A stretch of 62,575 bases of DNA, counting the filler, from Stramenopiles sp. TOSAG23-2 (taxonomy: Eukaryota): NCBI GenBank assembly GCA_900128395.1. It is 9 parts of 9 records of this genome, joined end to end, with 100 filler letters (N's around TTAATTAATTAA, not from the genome) between each part and the next. Parts side by side here need not be neighbours in the genome. Positions count along the whole stretch, not along the records: positions 41,817 to 48,671 come from LT650395.1; positions 48,772 to 55,626 come from LT650396.1; positions 55,727 to 62,575 come from LT650397.1; 6 more parts are not named here. One strand, 5' to 3'. The notes beneath the pieces were generated by a model. It had not been told where the DNA came from. It searched no databases and saw only the letters and a list, made by a program, of their open reading frames with translations. Below, one piece after another: positions 46,078 to 57,318 of this stretch. The stretch's first letter is position 1. The number at the start of each line of letters is the position of its first letter. Position numbers and translations under genes: made by a program.

Positions 46078-46958
46078 TATTTGTTTGTTTATTTTTTTTA
46101 CAATGTATATATTGCAATTAAGGAGCACCGCACAGATTTGGAAAAGTATTTGTGGAACAAGACGATTAAAAAATGTTGCACTATATAAGATTACTTTCCA
46201 TCAATTGATTTACTCTCTACCAATCTCTACATCAATAAATATTGTAATTATTCTCTTCATCAAATAATATAATCTTATTCATCTTCATCATCGCGTTGCC
46301 ATCATCATTTTGCATCAATATTTTTTATTATTTTTTCATCACCATGATTTCAATGCTGTGTAGTGCTTTTCGGTCATAATACCTTAATTCATTAAAAAGT
46401 CCAAAAAGGCGAAAAACATGCAACTTAAACTACAAGTCCTCGTACTGTACTGTTAATTCTGGGAGCTCAGTTTTTGTACTTTAACTTGTAAACATAAACG
46501 GAGCGTGTGGCCGTGTGGTATATTTACCTTAAAAACAAATAATTTCAAATTGAGAGCTGGCCCAGCTGGAAAGCCAAAGGAAAGCCTGGAAAGCCCAACA
46601 ACAACAACAACAAATTTTTGTACTCTCTTCTCTTCTGCTAGCTACCAGGTACTGTACTCATTCAATGGATTGATTCAACAACAAAAACTAAAAAAAAAGA
46701 TTTGAATGAAGAAAATACGATAACATATATCGATAATACGCCGGCCACATGCATATTGTGGAAGAAAAACAAACACGGAATTTATATAGTACACAAGTGT
46801 GGATTTTTCTTGAAATTATTATTAGTAACCATAGTATAGATATACAGTGTGTGGAAGATTTAGATCGTGATATTATTATTATTATCATCGCTTTGAATAT
46901 TAAATTTTTTTTTTTTTGTGTGTAAATTACAATAATATAAATAAATATAAAAGAAAAG

Positions 46959-48176
46959 ATGATGAATGCAGCGGAAAATAAAGGTGTCGATACGACCGTC
47001 GCAACTGATAGTGATACCAATACAAATTCAACGACACCGACAACTGATAATAACAACACACCATCATCAAATAATACAAATAACAATGACAACAATAATT
47101 TAATTACAAACCCAATTAATGAAGGTGAAGATGTGAAATGGATATTTGTTTCTGCCACCTCTGGTTCAGTTGCAAAACAGTTTCAATTTAAATCTGATGA
47201 TGGCACAACACATAAAGTTGTATTGAAACATCATACAGTTACAGGAGAGCTTGATATTTTACTTGATGGAAAAGAATTATTATCTGAAGTTACAGATTTA
47301 ACCGTTGGTAATTGGAGCGAAAAATTTTATGAAAATTTTCCAACATTTACGGTGCAAGGTCAAAGTGGTGTTGTGAAATGGTGTGTAGGTAGAGGTGGTT
47401 GGGGTCCAGTTCCATCTACATTTGGATATGCTTGTATTATTAATGGTAAATCAGTACAAGATGACATGTCCGTTCGTGCATCAAGTGAAAAAGGGCAAGA
47501 TTTAAAAATATGGATACCAAGTGCTGAAATTACTGGTAGTGGCGTTGTCTGGTACAGAATAGATACAAAAGTGAAATCAACTGGAATGGAAGTTGCCGTA
47601 CATCGTCGATTTTCAGATTTTCACTTTTTATTTACTAGTATAGCAGTGTATTTTAAAGGGTCCCATTTGTATAATGCATTGCCACCACCACCACCGAAAG
47701 GTTTAAAATTGTTTCAAGATCAAACGGATCCTGATTTTATTGAAACACGTAGGCAACAATTAGAAAATTTCTTGCGTCGTTTAGTAGTTGTACCACGTGT
47801 AGCTGAGCTGCAAGAAGTGTATGATGTATTAGGTATTATTGATTCAAAAGTTAGGGAAACAAGTATGATATTTGGCCCTGGCTCATTAGGTCTTACATTG
47901 CGCTCGCAAAAAGATGGTGGTGCAAGTGAAGCGGTAGTAGCAGATTTTAAGCCTGGTAAAGATGGTACGTATGGACCTGCAAAACAAAGCGGATTGATTG
48001 ATATAGGTGATTGTGTTAGTAAAATTGATGGTGAAAGTGTATTTGAATCAGGATACGATGCTATAGTTTATAAATTAAAAACTGCGGATAGGCCAGTATT
48101 AGTTCATTTTTTAGGGTATGCACCAGCTGGTAAACAAGCTTATAATACTGATGATGGAGAAAATACTGCAGAATAA
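46959..48176 (+). CDS. Sorting-nexin-like protein: FAIM-like domain + PX + PDZ
   Basis: THKVVLKHHTVTGELDILLDGKE...YACIINGKS (FAIM-like); VHRRFSDF...LPPPPPK...FIETRRQQLENFL (PX); GSLGLTL...IGDCVSKIDG...RPVLVHF (PDZ). Confidence 0.8.
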   Translation: MMNAAENKGVDTTVATDSDTNTNSTTPTTDNNNTPSSNNTNNNDNNNLITNPINEGEDVKWIFVSATSGSVAKQFQFKSDDGTTHKVVLKHHTVTGELDILLDGKELLSEVTDLTVGNWSEKFYENFPTFTVQGQSGVVKWCVGRGGWGPVPSTFGYACIINGKSVQDDMSVRASSEKGQDLKIWIPSAEITGSGVVWYRIDTKVKSTGMEVAVHRRFSDFHFLFTSIAVYFKGSHLYNALPPPPPKGLKLFQDQTDPDFIETRRQQLENFLRRLVVVPRVAELQEVYDVLGIIDSKVRETSMIFGPGSLGLTLRSQKDGGASEAVVADFKPGKDGTYGPAKQSGLIDIGDCVSKIDGESVFESGYDAIVYKLKTADRPVLVHFLGYAPAGKQAYNTDDGENTAE

Positions 48177-49608
48177 AAAATGTACAATACGACGACGAGA
48201 GATATGCGAATTATTTTAAATGATATGAGTGAAAGACACGCACGATTCGATAAATTATTAAATATTGTAATTTTGTGCATTAGAGATTTACTATGTATAG
48301 TAGGATTGAATGTTATTCCTGAGATAGAGTATTGAGCATCAGTATTTACCATAAATGGGAAGTAAAATTAATTTTATTTAACTTAGATTTTAACCATTCA
48401 TCATTATCTATATAAAAAGTACGAGAGTACAAAAGTATATATTATACGTATTTTTTAATAATGTACACAGTATCAATACGTATGATATATTTAAAAATGT
48501 ACACACACACGTAAAACAAAATTAAAGTAAAATGAATGCAGGAAAATATAATAAAAAAATATTAATCAGTAATAATGATAAAACCCCATTTACCCCCGTG
48601 TTTCTGGGAGAGGACTTCCAGTGTTATATATATATATAAAAAATTCTCTTACTTAAAATTTAAAAAGATTTNNNNNNNNNNNNNNNNNNNNNNNNNNNNN
48701 NNNNNNNNNNNNNNNTTAATTAATTAANNNNNNNNNNNNNNNNNNNNNNNNNNNNNNNNNNNNNNNNNNNNTTGCAGATGATATACGTGAATCTGATAGT
48801 GACGTAGACAAAAATGATTAAAAAAAATAATTAAAAAAAAAGAGAGAGAACAAAAATTCAAAAAATTCAAAAAGAGAAGGAGGACATATTTATATGTGGA
48901 CCCAGTATTGAGTATAGAGTATTTTTACGAAAGATTTAACACAAATAATTTATTTTATACACATATTAACTTTTACTTCGTATGTCGTAGATTTTGAACG
49001 CCACATTTTATATCATATTTATATATGCATATATAATATTAAAAGTACGCGTGATGAAAATATTTTAATTTTTTATTTTTACACCCATGACAATGCCTTT
49101 ATCATACTCTCAAGAGAATAAAACACTATATATTTTTTTATATATTATATTATATATAAATAAGAGAATTTTTTATATATATATATCGTGATTTTTTATA
49201 TATATATCGTGTTTGAGCCAGATATATTAATAGTAGGATAACATTATTATTCTTGCGATTGAGTATTGAGCATATTACTTTAACACGAGAAGTGTAAAAA
49301 TATTATAACTTAGATTTTAACCATCATAATTAAATACGAACGTCGTCGTATCTAATATCTCGCATTTTTACTAAAATATATTTTAATATAAAAAATATTA
49401 CACACACTTTTCGTTTTTTTTTTCACGAAGCTCGTAATTCTTTTACGTACTTATATTATATTTAAATGTGCGCCATGATGTGTGTCTGTTTATATACAAA
49501 TATACATATTTCGCAAAAATGACCTCTCCGTATTAAAAATTTAATCATATTACGAACTACGAATCTTATTATGATTTAGCTACCTCTTTTCTTCTCGTAA
49601 ATTTTTGA

Positions 49609-52056
49609 TTACAACAACCTGTATACAGTCGACAATTGATATTTTCTTTTTGTAATATCACCTTCATTTGATACAATTAAATAATCAACAACATGTCCAT
49701 TGCCAATGTCAAGTTGAAAATGTTCCATATCAGTTGCACCATAAGTTTGCATTTCTTGGCATATTTTTAATTCTGGAAAGTTACAAATTAAAGATCCAGA
49801 ATGATATCGCTTTCGATAACGATTACCAAAATTAGCTATTGCTATCATTCCACCTTTGTCAGGATATGTTTCAAAAAATTCAGCTCCATGTGCTCCATCC
49901 GTTGGTATCGATGCCATAAGTTCAACATTTGGTTGGCTATTTTTTTCATTGTATAGAAAGACTTTAGATTCAACAAATGTGCTTTCTCCATTTTTCGAAT
50001 TGCGATCATGACTTAAGAGAAAACCACAATAATCAATTCCATTCTTGCTATGATTAATAGCTTCCACATCATGTGGTCCAGGTGTTTTTTCAAGAGTATA
50101 CCATTCATAAAATTCTTTTTGTTTCTCATCCCAAAGGTATACTATGGATGTTGTTACAAAATTATCCCTTGCGAAATACGAAGCTCCAATCAACATAGCA
50201 TTACTCTTGCATTTGACAACAGCCATTGATGATGCTCCTTCTAAATTCAATTGTTGGAGTTTTGTAAATGTATTTGTTACATCGTCATATTTATATATGC
50301 TGAAAATATTTGCAAAGTTTTCAGCAATAATCATATACATAACATTATTGATTTCTGTTACTTCGACTTGTCCTGGGCCTTTCGATTGTATGTTAATATG
50401 TGGTATAAACAGTTTCTTGGAAGGATCGAAGAGATAGATTTCCGTAACACCACCATAATAATGCGGTATTGCTAAAAAATGATTGTTATGGCGTGTGAAA
50501 TATTCAACGCCATGTGCGCCTTTTGTAGATATTTCTTGTATGATTTTGAAATTTAACATGTACGTCGAAACGGTACCATCATCATCATCGCCATTATTAT
50601 TATTATTATTATTATTATTAAATGGAGTCACATGATAAATAATACTTTTCGCTTCCATATCTTTTGATTTTCCATCCCAGAAATTTGCAACAGCAAGATA
50701 AGTTTCACCATTAATTCTAAAGCTTTCGAATCCTGCTGCACCTAGTGTTTTGATGCTTTGAACAACTTTAACTATTTTATTATCAATCTCACCTAAGTCA
50801 ACACGAAATGTTCCCCGATTATCGAATGTACCTATTACCAATTTATTCAAAGGTTTGTTTTCCCCTGTATCCTCATCCATACCAACAAAATGGCCATAAT
50901 CTTCAAACATGGTCCACCTTAGATCAGATCGTTTGTTGAAAATAAAATTTGTAAACCAATCCGTGTTGGATAAACTTTCCCATTTTGATTGAAAATAAAA
51001 GAAATAATTGTGGAATGATCCAGGACCCAATGCCATAAAAGAATCTCGCAACTTATTCGTCACTTCGCTAAGACTAAACATGGCAACAAACATTGTCATT
51101 TCATTCTCCGCAAATCGTTCATATAAATGCAATCGTTCCAATGTTTTTAAATCATGTACTAGCCAGATACCACTATCATATACATCCCATTCATCAATGG
51201 TATGTACAGTAAAGCCAAGCGCGCTTAAATAATATTTTTGTATAATATTAAAAGGGTGCAGATCATAAATAACATATCGTCCTTTAAAGCCACCATTCAT
51301 CACAACTCGTGCAAAACTTCCATAGCCACCACCAAATTCGACAATTAAATCTAATGATGATATTTTCACATTTGGCACCGTATCTTCAAATCTGGCATAG
51401 GAATAAGCGTGATGAACTAAATTTGTACTTGATAAGATATTATCATCTGAATATAATGTAAAACCAGGCGCTCCAACTTGTGATTCGCGCAACATTTGTA
51501 TTCTCCAATTTAAAGTTGTATGTTGAATAATCCAATTAAGTTCTTGATGTGCTAAAATCCGATTTCCAGCAAACATTAGATATTGTATTACTTGGCATCT
51601 TAAAAATGTTCCAGGCCCAAGAGTATTTAAACATGACTTTAAACTTTGCAACTGTCGTTTCCAAAAATCTGTACCTTCCACTTCGTTTACTACAAGAGAT
51701 GCGTCGAACATTTCAGCTACTAATGATGGTGCAGCAAGTTCAAATCGTACATTTGCTTTTTCATCAAGAACTTGTTGATTAATTCGATAACATTGAATAG
51801 ATTCAGACAATATATTCAATTTATTGCAAACTTTCTCGTTCACTTCTTTTCTTGTTGTATTGAATGGCATAGAAATCTGTTTTGCTTCAGATAAACCAGT
51901 TATTTCGGTTAAAAGATTGAATTCTCTAATATAAACATTTTTATATTTTTCCGGTTCAAATCCAGTTACATAAGAGCTTGGTTGATTGAATGTTTGAGAC
52001 GATACAATATTACTAGACAATAATAGAATAATATTAATAATTATTATAATTAACAT
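49609..52056 (-). CDS. Secretory-pathway protein: putative sugar O-methyltransferase domain fused to EPTP/EAR beta-propeller repeats
   Basis: Signal peptide; IVEFGGGYGSFAR...YVIYDL...MFSLSE (SAM-MTase); repeats such as VQSIKTLGAAGFESFRINGETYLAVAN and IQEISTKGAHGVEYF. Confidence 0.75.
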   Translation of the reverse strand: MLIIIIINIILLLSSNIVSSQTFNQPSSYVTGFEPEKYKNVYIREFNLLTEITGLSEAKQISMPFNTTRKEVNEKVCNKLNILSESIQCYRINQQVLDEKANVRFELAAPSLVAEMFDASLVVNEVEGTDFWKRQLQSLKSCLNTLGPGTFLRCQVIQYLMFAGNRILAHQELNWIIQHTTLNWRIQMLRESQVGAPGFTLYSDDNILSSTNLVHHAYSYARFEDTVPNVKISSLDLIVEFGGGYGSFARVVMNGGFKGRYVIYDLHPFNIIQKYYLSALGFTVHTIDEWDVYDSGIWLVHDLKTLERLHLYERFAENEMTMFVAMFSLSEVTNKLRDSFMALGPGSFHNYFFYFQSKWESLSNTDWFTNFIFNKRSDLRWTMFEDYGHFVGMDEDTGENKPLNKLVIGTFDNRGTFRVDLGEIDNKIVKVVQSIKTLGAAGFESFRINGETYLAVANFWDGKSKDMEAKSIIYHVTPFNNNNNNNNNGDDDDGTVSTYMLNFKIIQEISTKGAHGVEYFTRHNNHFLAIPHYYGGVTEIYLFDPSKKLFIPHINIQSKGPGQVEVTEINNVMYMIIAENFANIFSIYKYDDVTNTFTKLQQLNLEGASSMAVVKCKSNAMLIGASYFARDNFVTTSIVYLWDEKQKEFYEWYTLEKTPGPHDVEAINHSKNGIDYCGFLLSHDRNSKNGESTFVESKVFLYNEKNSQPNVELMASIPTDGAHGAEFFETYPDKGGMIAIANFGNRYRKRYHSGSLICNFPELKICQEMQTYGATDMEHFQLDIGNGHVVDYLIVSNEGDITKRKYQLSTVYRLL

Positions 52057-52874
52057 TATATTTTTCTGTTATTCCTTTTTTATTTTACAAACCAAAAATG
52101 ATATCGTTATTATTATTAGCAACAGAAACTAAATTCTCTCTAGATATATATATTTATATATTCACTATTATTATTATTCATGAAACAAGAAATAGAATTA
52201 TTAAAAGGAAAGAAGTATATAATCAAATCCTTTTCTTTTCTTCGTATCCATCAATCATTCCAGCATTCACGGAATACGGGTGGTCCAGTGGTCTCTTCTT
52301 TGAGATGATGTCGCGTGTGTCGCGTCTCTTTTGCTGTGGGTTTTCGGCCGATAAAATCAAAATCCCTTAAAAACTAAATACTGCCTCCTAGCAAACTCTC
52401 TCTTACCTACATACACTAAGAGGTATATGCTACACCAATAGCATAGGGATAGCATTGAAAATCATACTACTCTACTATAATAGTTTGATTTGCACCATTC
52501 GACGTTTGAGGGATTTGNNNNNNNNNNNNNNNNNNNNNNTTTTTGCAACAACAACAAAATATTTTTTTGTGTCTCGGTCTCGTTTATTAGTTATAGATTT
52601 TTTCAATTTAATAAATATAAAATAATTAAGTGCATGAATGATATCATACATAGATAACATTACATACTGTGCCAAAATTAGAACGATCATTATTAATAAA
52701 CAATAATAGAGTAGAATATTTATTCTTTTATTTATATATTACGTACGACATGAATGAGAAGTAGTGGAGTAATAACAATTATTATTATAGATTTGATAAT
52801 ATTATTTTAATTATTAAAACAAGAAAAAAATTAAATTGAATATTATTTAATATAGAAAAAAAAAAAGTAGAAAC

Positions 52875-54266
52875 ATGGAGATATCTACCTTTTTAATTAT
52901 AACTCTTATAGTATTTTCCTTTTATTTATTTGGGTCGGGGTATTCATTTTTTCAGTATAAGCAACGTAAAAAATTACATGAGCGAAATTCTACTATGCTT
53001 GGCTTTTTTTTTGCACATGGAGTAGATGTACGTAAATTTTCATTGTTTACAAGTGCAGCAATGTTTTCACGAGCTTTACTTTTTATTATTCAATACCAAT
53101 ATGTTTCAACAAAAGTTGACTGGCTTGGTTTCTTTATATTGAATTGTTTAGAGGATATTGGATACTTATTATTCATAACGTCGTATACCATTTTAATTAC
53201 TTTTTTTGGCATGTTGCATACATTAGCCCGTTCTGGTACAAATGGTCGAAATAGTCTTAATCGCCATGCATCATCTTTATCATTGCGTCGTACACGTCAA
53301 CAACAGCTACAGCGTTCTAAAAAAGCTGGAAAAGATAGTGATGAACATCCATTTAATAATAATGCCACTCGTGATGTGGCTAATAACAATACTTTCAATT
53401 ACATAAGTGATGGTGGTGATGATGGACATATGTGTTCAAAGTGTAATTTTGTATGTATGGCATTTACTGCTAATGCATGGCTTTTTGTATTAGAAACTAT
53501 TTTCTTACTGTTTCTCTTGGTAACGCAAGACGAGCAACAAGGTGAAGTTGAATCTTGGCGGAGAATTTTTTTCTCACTTTTTTATATTATATATATATTG
53601 CAATTTGGTAGAATTGGATATATTTTGCGAAAAATATTGCATGCGATGCAAATTGATTCCAGGGATATGGAAAATTTAGTCATAAAAGTTGTGTTTGTAT
53701 GTTGTTTAAGTTTATTGTTGCAAATTGTAAGCATGCTTAGCCGTGTTGCCTATTCGCAAACTAAATCTTCCGAAATATCGCATAATATCAGTTCAATTTA
53801 TTACAATATGACGATTCCTGGTAATAATGGAAATCCTTCGACAAACATTGAAACTGATGTACCATCTAAGTATGAAGATGGCGAGATTTTGAGCAATCGT
53901 ACTGTATATAAGAGTAGCTCAGAATGGATTTATACGAATACTGCTAGATCATTTGATTTTGGTCCATTGGTTTTTTATCTATTAGCGGAGTGGTTGCCAG
54001 TAATGTACATTTTAAGAATAATGGCACCTGTGAAACCAGTAACAATTGAAGATATTTTAAAAGATATGAGGAAAAAGAATAAAAAGAAAATATCTCAAAA
54101 AAATAATACTAACAAAAATGGTACTGTCAGTGCTAAAATGGTAGAATTGGTAGAAAGGAATAAAAAGGAAAATGGTGAAATGAAAATGGAGGTTGGAGAA
54201 AAAAAAGATCCCGATGATGATGATGGAAATAGTAGTAGTGATCAAGAAAGTGAATTGTGGTTGTGA
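52875..54266 (+). CDS. Multi-pass membrane protein, TOM1/THH1/GPR137-like
   Basis: About seven hydrophobic helices; FSRALLF, YLLFITSYTILITFF, FYLLAEWLP motifs. Confidence 0.6.
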   Translation: MEISTFLIITLIVFSFYLFGSGYSFFQYKQRKKLHERNSTMLGFFFAHGVDVRKFSLFTSAAMFSRALLFIIQYQYVSTKVDWLGFFILNCLEDIGYLLFITSYTILITFFGMLHTLARSGTNGRNSLNRHASSLSLRRTRQQQLQRSKKAGKDSDEHPFNNNATRDVANNNTFNYISDGGDDGHMCSKCNFVCMAFTANAWLFVLETIFLLFLLVTQDEQQGEVESWRRIFFSLFYIIYILQFGRIGYILRKILHAMQIDSRDMENLVIKVVFVCCLSLLLQIVSMLSRVAYSQTKSSEISHNISSIYYNMTIPGNNGNPSTNIETDVPSKYEDGEILSNRTVYKSSSEWIYTNTARSFDFGPLVFYLLAEWLPVMYILRIMAPVKPVTIEDILKDMRKKNKKKISQKNNTNKNGTVSAKMVELVERNKKENGEMKMEVGEKKDPDDDDGNSSSDQESELWL

Positions 54267-54716
54267 TTTTTCTTTGTTTTCCATAAGTATGACAAGTCCC
54301 CCCCCCCCCCCTTTACCTTCGAAGTGTCTTATATAAAAATATTATATGGCCAAAATGTAATCTTTTTTATTTTGTGAGAGATACATACATTATATAAAAA
54401 ATATTTTTTATCGGAATGATGAANNNNNNNNNNNNNNNTTTCCAAAAAATAAGTATGACAAGTCCCCCCCCCCCCCCTTTACCTTCGAAGTGTCTTATAT
54501 AAAAATATTATATGGCCAAAATGTAATCTTTTTTATTTTGTGAGAGATACGTACATTAATATAAAAAATATTTTTTATCTGAATGATGAACAACACATCT
54601 CGCTTTCTCTTCTCCATGAAAGAAAAATATAGAAAATTATCATGGTAATGCATATATATATGAGAATAGTTTTTTTTTTAAAAATAAATAATTACGAAAA
54701 GTTGTAGAAGCAAAAA

Positions 54717-54816
54717 GGTAAGCAATACATGGACTTCCCGTCTGGTCCCCCACGACAGTACTAACCATGCTTGAAGAGACTTAACTTCTCAGTGCGGGAT
54801 GGGATGAGGTGCTTTA
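54717..54816 (-). pseudogene. 5'-truncated 5S rRNA copy (lacks the first ~20 nt)
   Basis: Exact 120-bp tandem duplication: 54697-54816 = 54817-54936. Confidence 0.75.
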
Positions 54817-54836
54817 AAAAGTTGTAGAAGCAAAAA

Positions 54837-54956
54837 GGTAAGCAATACATGGACTTCCCGTCTGGTCCCCCACGACAGTACTAACCATGCTTGAAGAGAC
54901 TTAACTTCTCAGTGCGGGATGGGATGAGGTGCTTTACTCTTAAGATGATCGCTTAC
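54837..54956 (-). rRNA. 5S ribosomal RNA gene
   Basis: GTAAGCGATCATC...GAAGTTAAG...GGTTAGTACTGTCGTGGGGGACCAGACGGGAAGTCC...GCTTACC; 5'/3' ends pair; T5 Pol III terminator follows; TA-rich box about 25-30 nt upstream. Confidence 0.93.
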
Positions 54957-55296
54957 ATAAAAGAATGGAATTTTTTTCTATATATAGTAATTAAAAAATG
55001 AAAATAGGAAAATCAATGCTATGTGTATGGTAAATTTTTATTGCATTAACACAGCACTAATTATTGATAAATACCTTAAATATTCTTTACATTTTCAAGT
55101 TTCAAAAAAACGAATAATAATATGAAAAGTCATGTTCATACATCATCTCTATTAATAAACCTATTCGACCTATATAATTTGTTCGTAATTTTATTTTTTT
55201 TACACAAAGACTCACCTCTTTTGTGGTATACATTCACATTTTTATGATTTTACTAGAAGTATACCAGTTGGTATATATCCCTTTTCTTTTTTTTCA

Positions 55297-55626
55297 ATTA
55301 ATCAGCAAATTTTATTGTAGTTGTTAATTTTCGATTTCTACGTTTACGTGTTCTACCTTTATATAAACGTCGTTCTTTCTTATTTTCTTGTTGTGCTAAT
55401 TTCACACTACTATCATCTTTTTTTTGTGAAAATCTGCCAATGCTTTTCCACCTTCGTCGCCAATGGCATGATTGCTGATATCTAAAGCGGTCAAGCCTTT
55501 ATTGGCATCTATTGCTTTCTTATTTTCTTGTTGTGCTAATTTCACACTACTATCATCTTTTTTTTGTGATCCAAACTTTCTATCATATACACCTTGAATG
55601 CGACGTCTTTCTTTTTTGGTAATTTT
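55297..55626 (-). other. 3' end of a basic-protein gene interrupted by a single LRR-coding insert between 54-bp duplications
   Basis: 55376-55429 = 55516-55569; intervening 55430-55515 encodes AIDANKGLTALDISNHAIGDEGGKALAD. Confidence 0.6.
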
Positions 55627-56753
55627 NNNNNNNNNNNNNNNNNNNNNNNNNNNNNNNNNNNNNNNNNNNNTTAATTAATTAANNNNNNNNNNNNNNNNNN
55701 NNNNNNNNNNNNNNNNNNNNNNNNNNTATACAAACCGTTGTAATTTTATTGAATAGAGACAATATGCTATATTTATGACAATTGTAGATTTTGATGATTG
55801 ACGGCACCACTTACAAAATATTGTTCCTCTGAATCTTTTTTGTGCCAAATCAGCATGGAGCTTCCCTGACATGTATGAATGGAATCCCAATCGGTTAGAA
55901 CACCATATGAAATGTATTCCTTGTCGCTCTGAAAAATATTTACCATTTAATGTTAAAATATCATTTTTCATATGGGTACATTGAATAACCGGATCATGTA
56001 TGTATTATTAGCAGGTGTATAAGCCTATGATACCACTTCACTGCTATACAGTGTTAATCCAGTAAAAATAATTCCACTTCGATAAGGGGGAAAATCAATG
56101 AAAAATTAAGTACGATTTTAGAATAACAAAAAAAAGTGCATTTTTGTGCACAAAAAAGTAATTTTTAAATATGATTAATATACTAAGAGTACAAATTTTA
56201 TCCTATGTGTAAAATCGGCACCTTTGATCTTTTCGGCTGTCATACATATTCCATTTGCATTACCAAGCGACTAGCCAAAAACAGCTACGTTTCTGATAAC
56301 CTTTGTCAACATTTTAGAGTCAAACAATACACAGTCAGAGAGATATTTTGCTGTATTGTCGCAAGGAAAAACAACTAATAATAATGATAATAATAATAAT
56401 ATAATAATATAATAATAATAAATAAACAACACACAATAACCTGAACCAGCAGCATTAATAGCAATAAATACTCTACTACTAATAAATAATACCAACCTGG
56501 CCAACAACACTTTTTATTTTTATTATCTGGTGCTGTACCACGTAGAGGTGTAACATCAATAAACAATATGAAGGAGTTTGTTATGCCTTTTACAGATAGA
56601 TACTTTTACCGACGTAAATCAACTTGCACGGTTCCCTGTTAAGCATTGAAATTGGACCAGAGCTTGCCCAGCTTGCTGGCGGGCTGGCCCAGCTGGCTTG
56701 GTCAGTCTGCTTGGTGCGTAAGACAAAAAACTACTACCTCTTGTTGGTCATTA

Positions 56754-56974
56754 ACAGGGGGTATTATTTTCAATTTGGCATTTGGATTTGGAACAAACTC
56801 ACTGAGGATGAAAATAGTACAACCAAAATTGGATCGTAGGCAATGCTGTGTCCATGGTAAATATATCCTAGCATGGTACTACGCCTGAAATCAATAGCAT
56901 GGACACAGGGGGTATTATTTTCAATTTGGCATTTGGAATTGGAACAAACTCACTGAGGATGAAAATAGTACAAC
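56754..56974 (+). repeat. 70-bp direct repeat (56754-56823, 56905-56974) with an internal 11-bp inverted repeat CTGTGTCCATG/CATGGACACAG
   Basis: Direct sequence comparison. Confidence 0.85.
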
Positions 56975-57318
56975 AATTATTAGTGTAAATACAACTTTTA
57001 TTACTATCAAACTGAGACAGCAGTGTTTTTGGAAAACACTGCTGTCGTCATATATGGTGGTAGTCTTATTATTATTCGAATATAATGAATAATGATTATT
57101 AAAGCCCGTGGGATTCCATAATGTACCGACCGTTTTTTTGTGCACGTGAACACACTTTTTAAAATAGGTCGGTTAACTCAATAATAAAAAAATAATAATG
57201 TAATAAGAAAGAAATAAAAACAAATTTCATTCTTCAAAATTAATTGTTTTCATCTCCCCTCTCAGACATTTGGATTTTTATTATTACATTTTTGGTGTCA
57301 AAGAGATATTAATAACAT

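Noticed and set aside
54284-54590. ~140-bp direct repeat containing poly-C on either side of an N gap
   Set aside because: Most likely an unmerged scaffold overlap or two haplotypes across the gap
6879-55726. TTAATTAATTAA motif recurring every ~6.96 kb
   Set aside because: Artificial six-frame-stop linker between length-sorted contigs; the periodicity is not biological
55727-55971. Minus-strand ORF running into the linker
   Set aside because: No recognisable domain; cannot be supported as a gene
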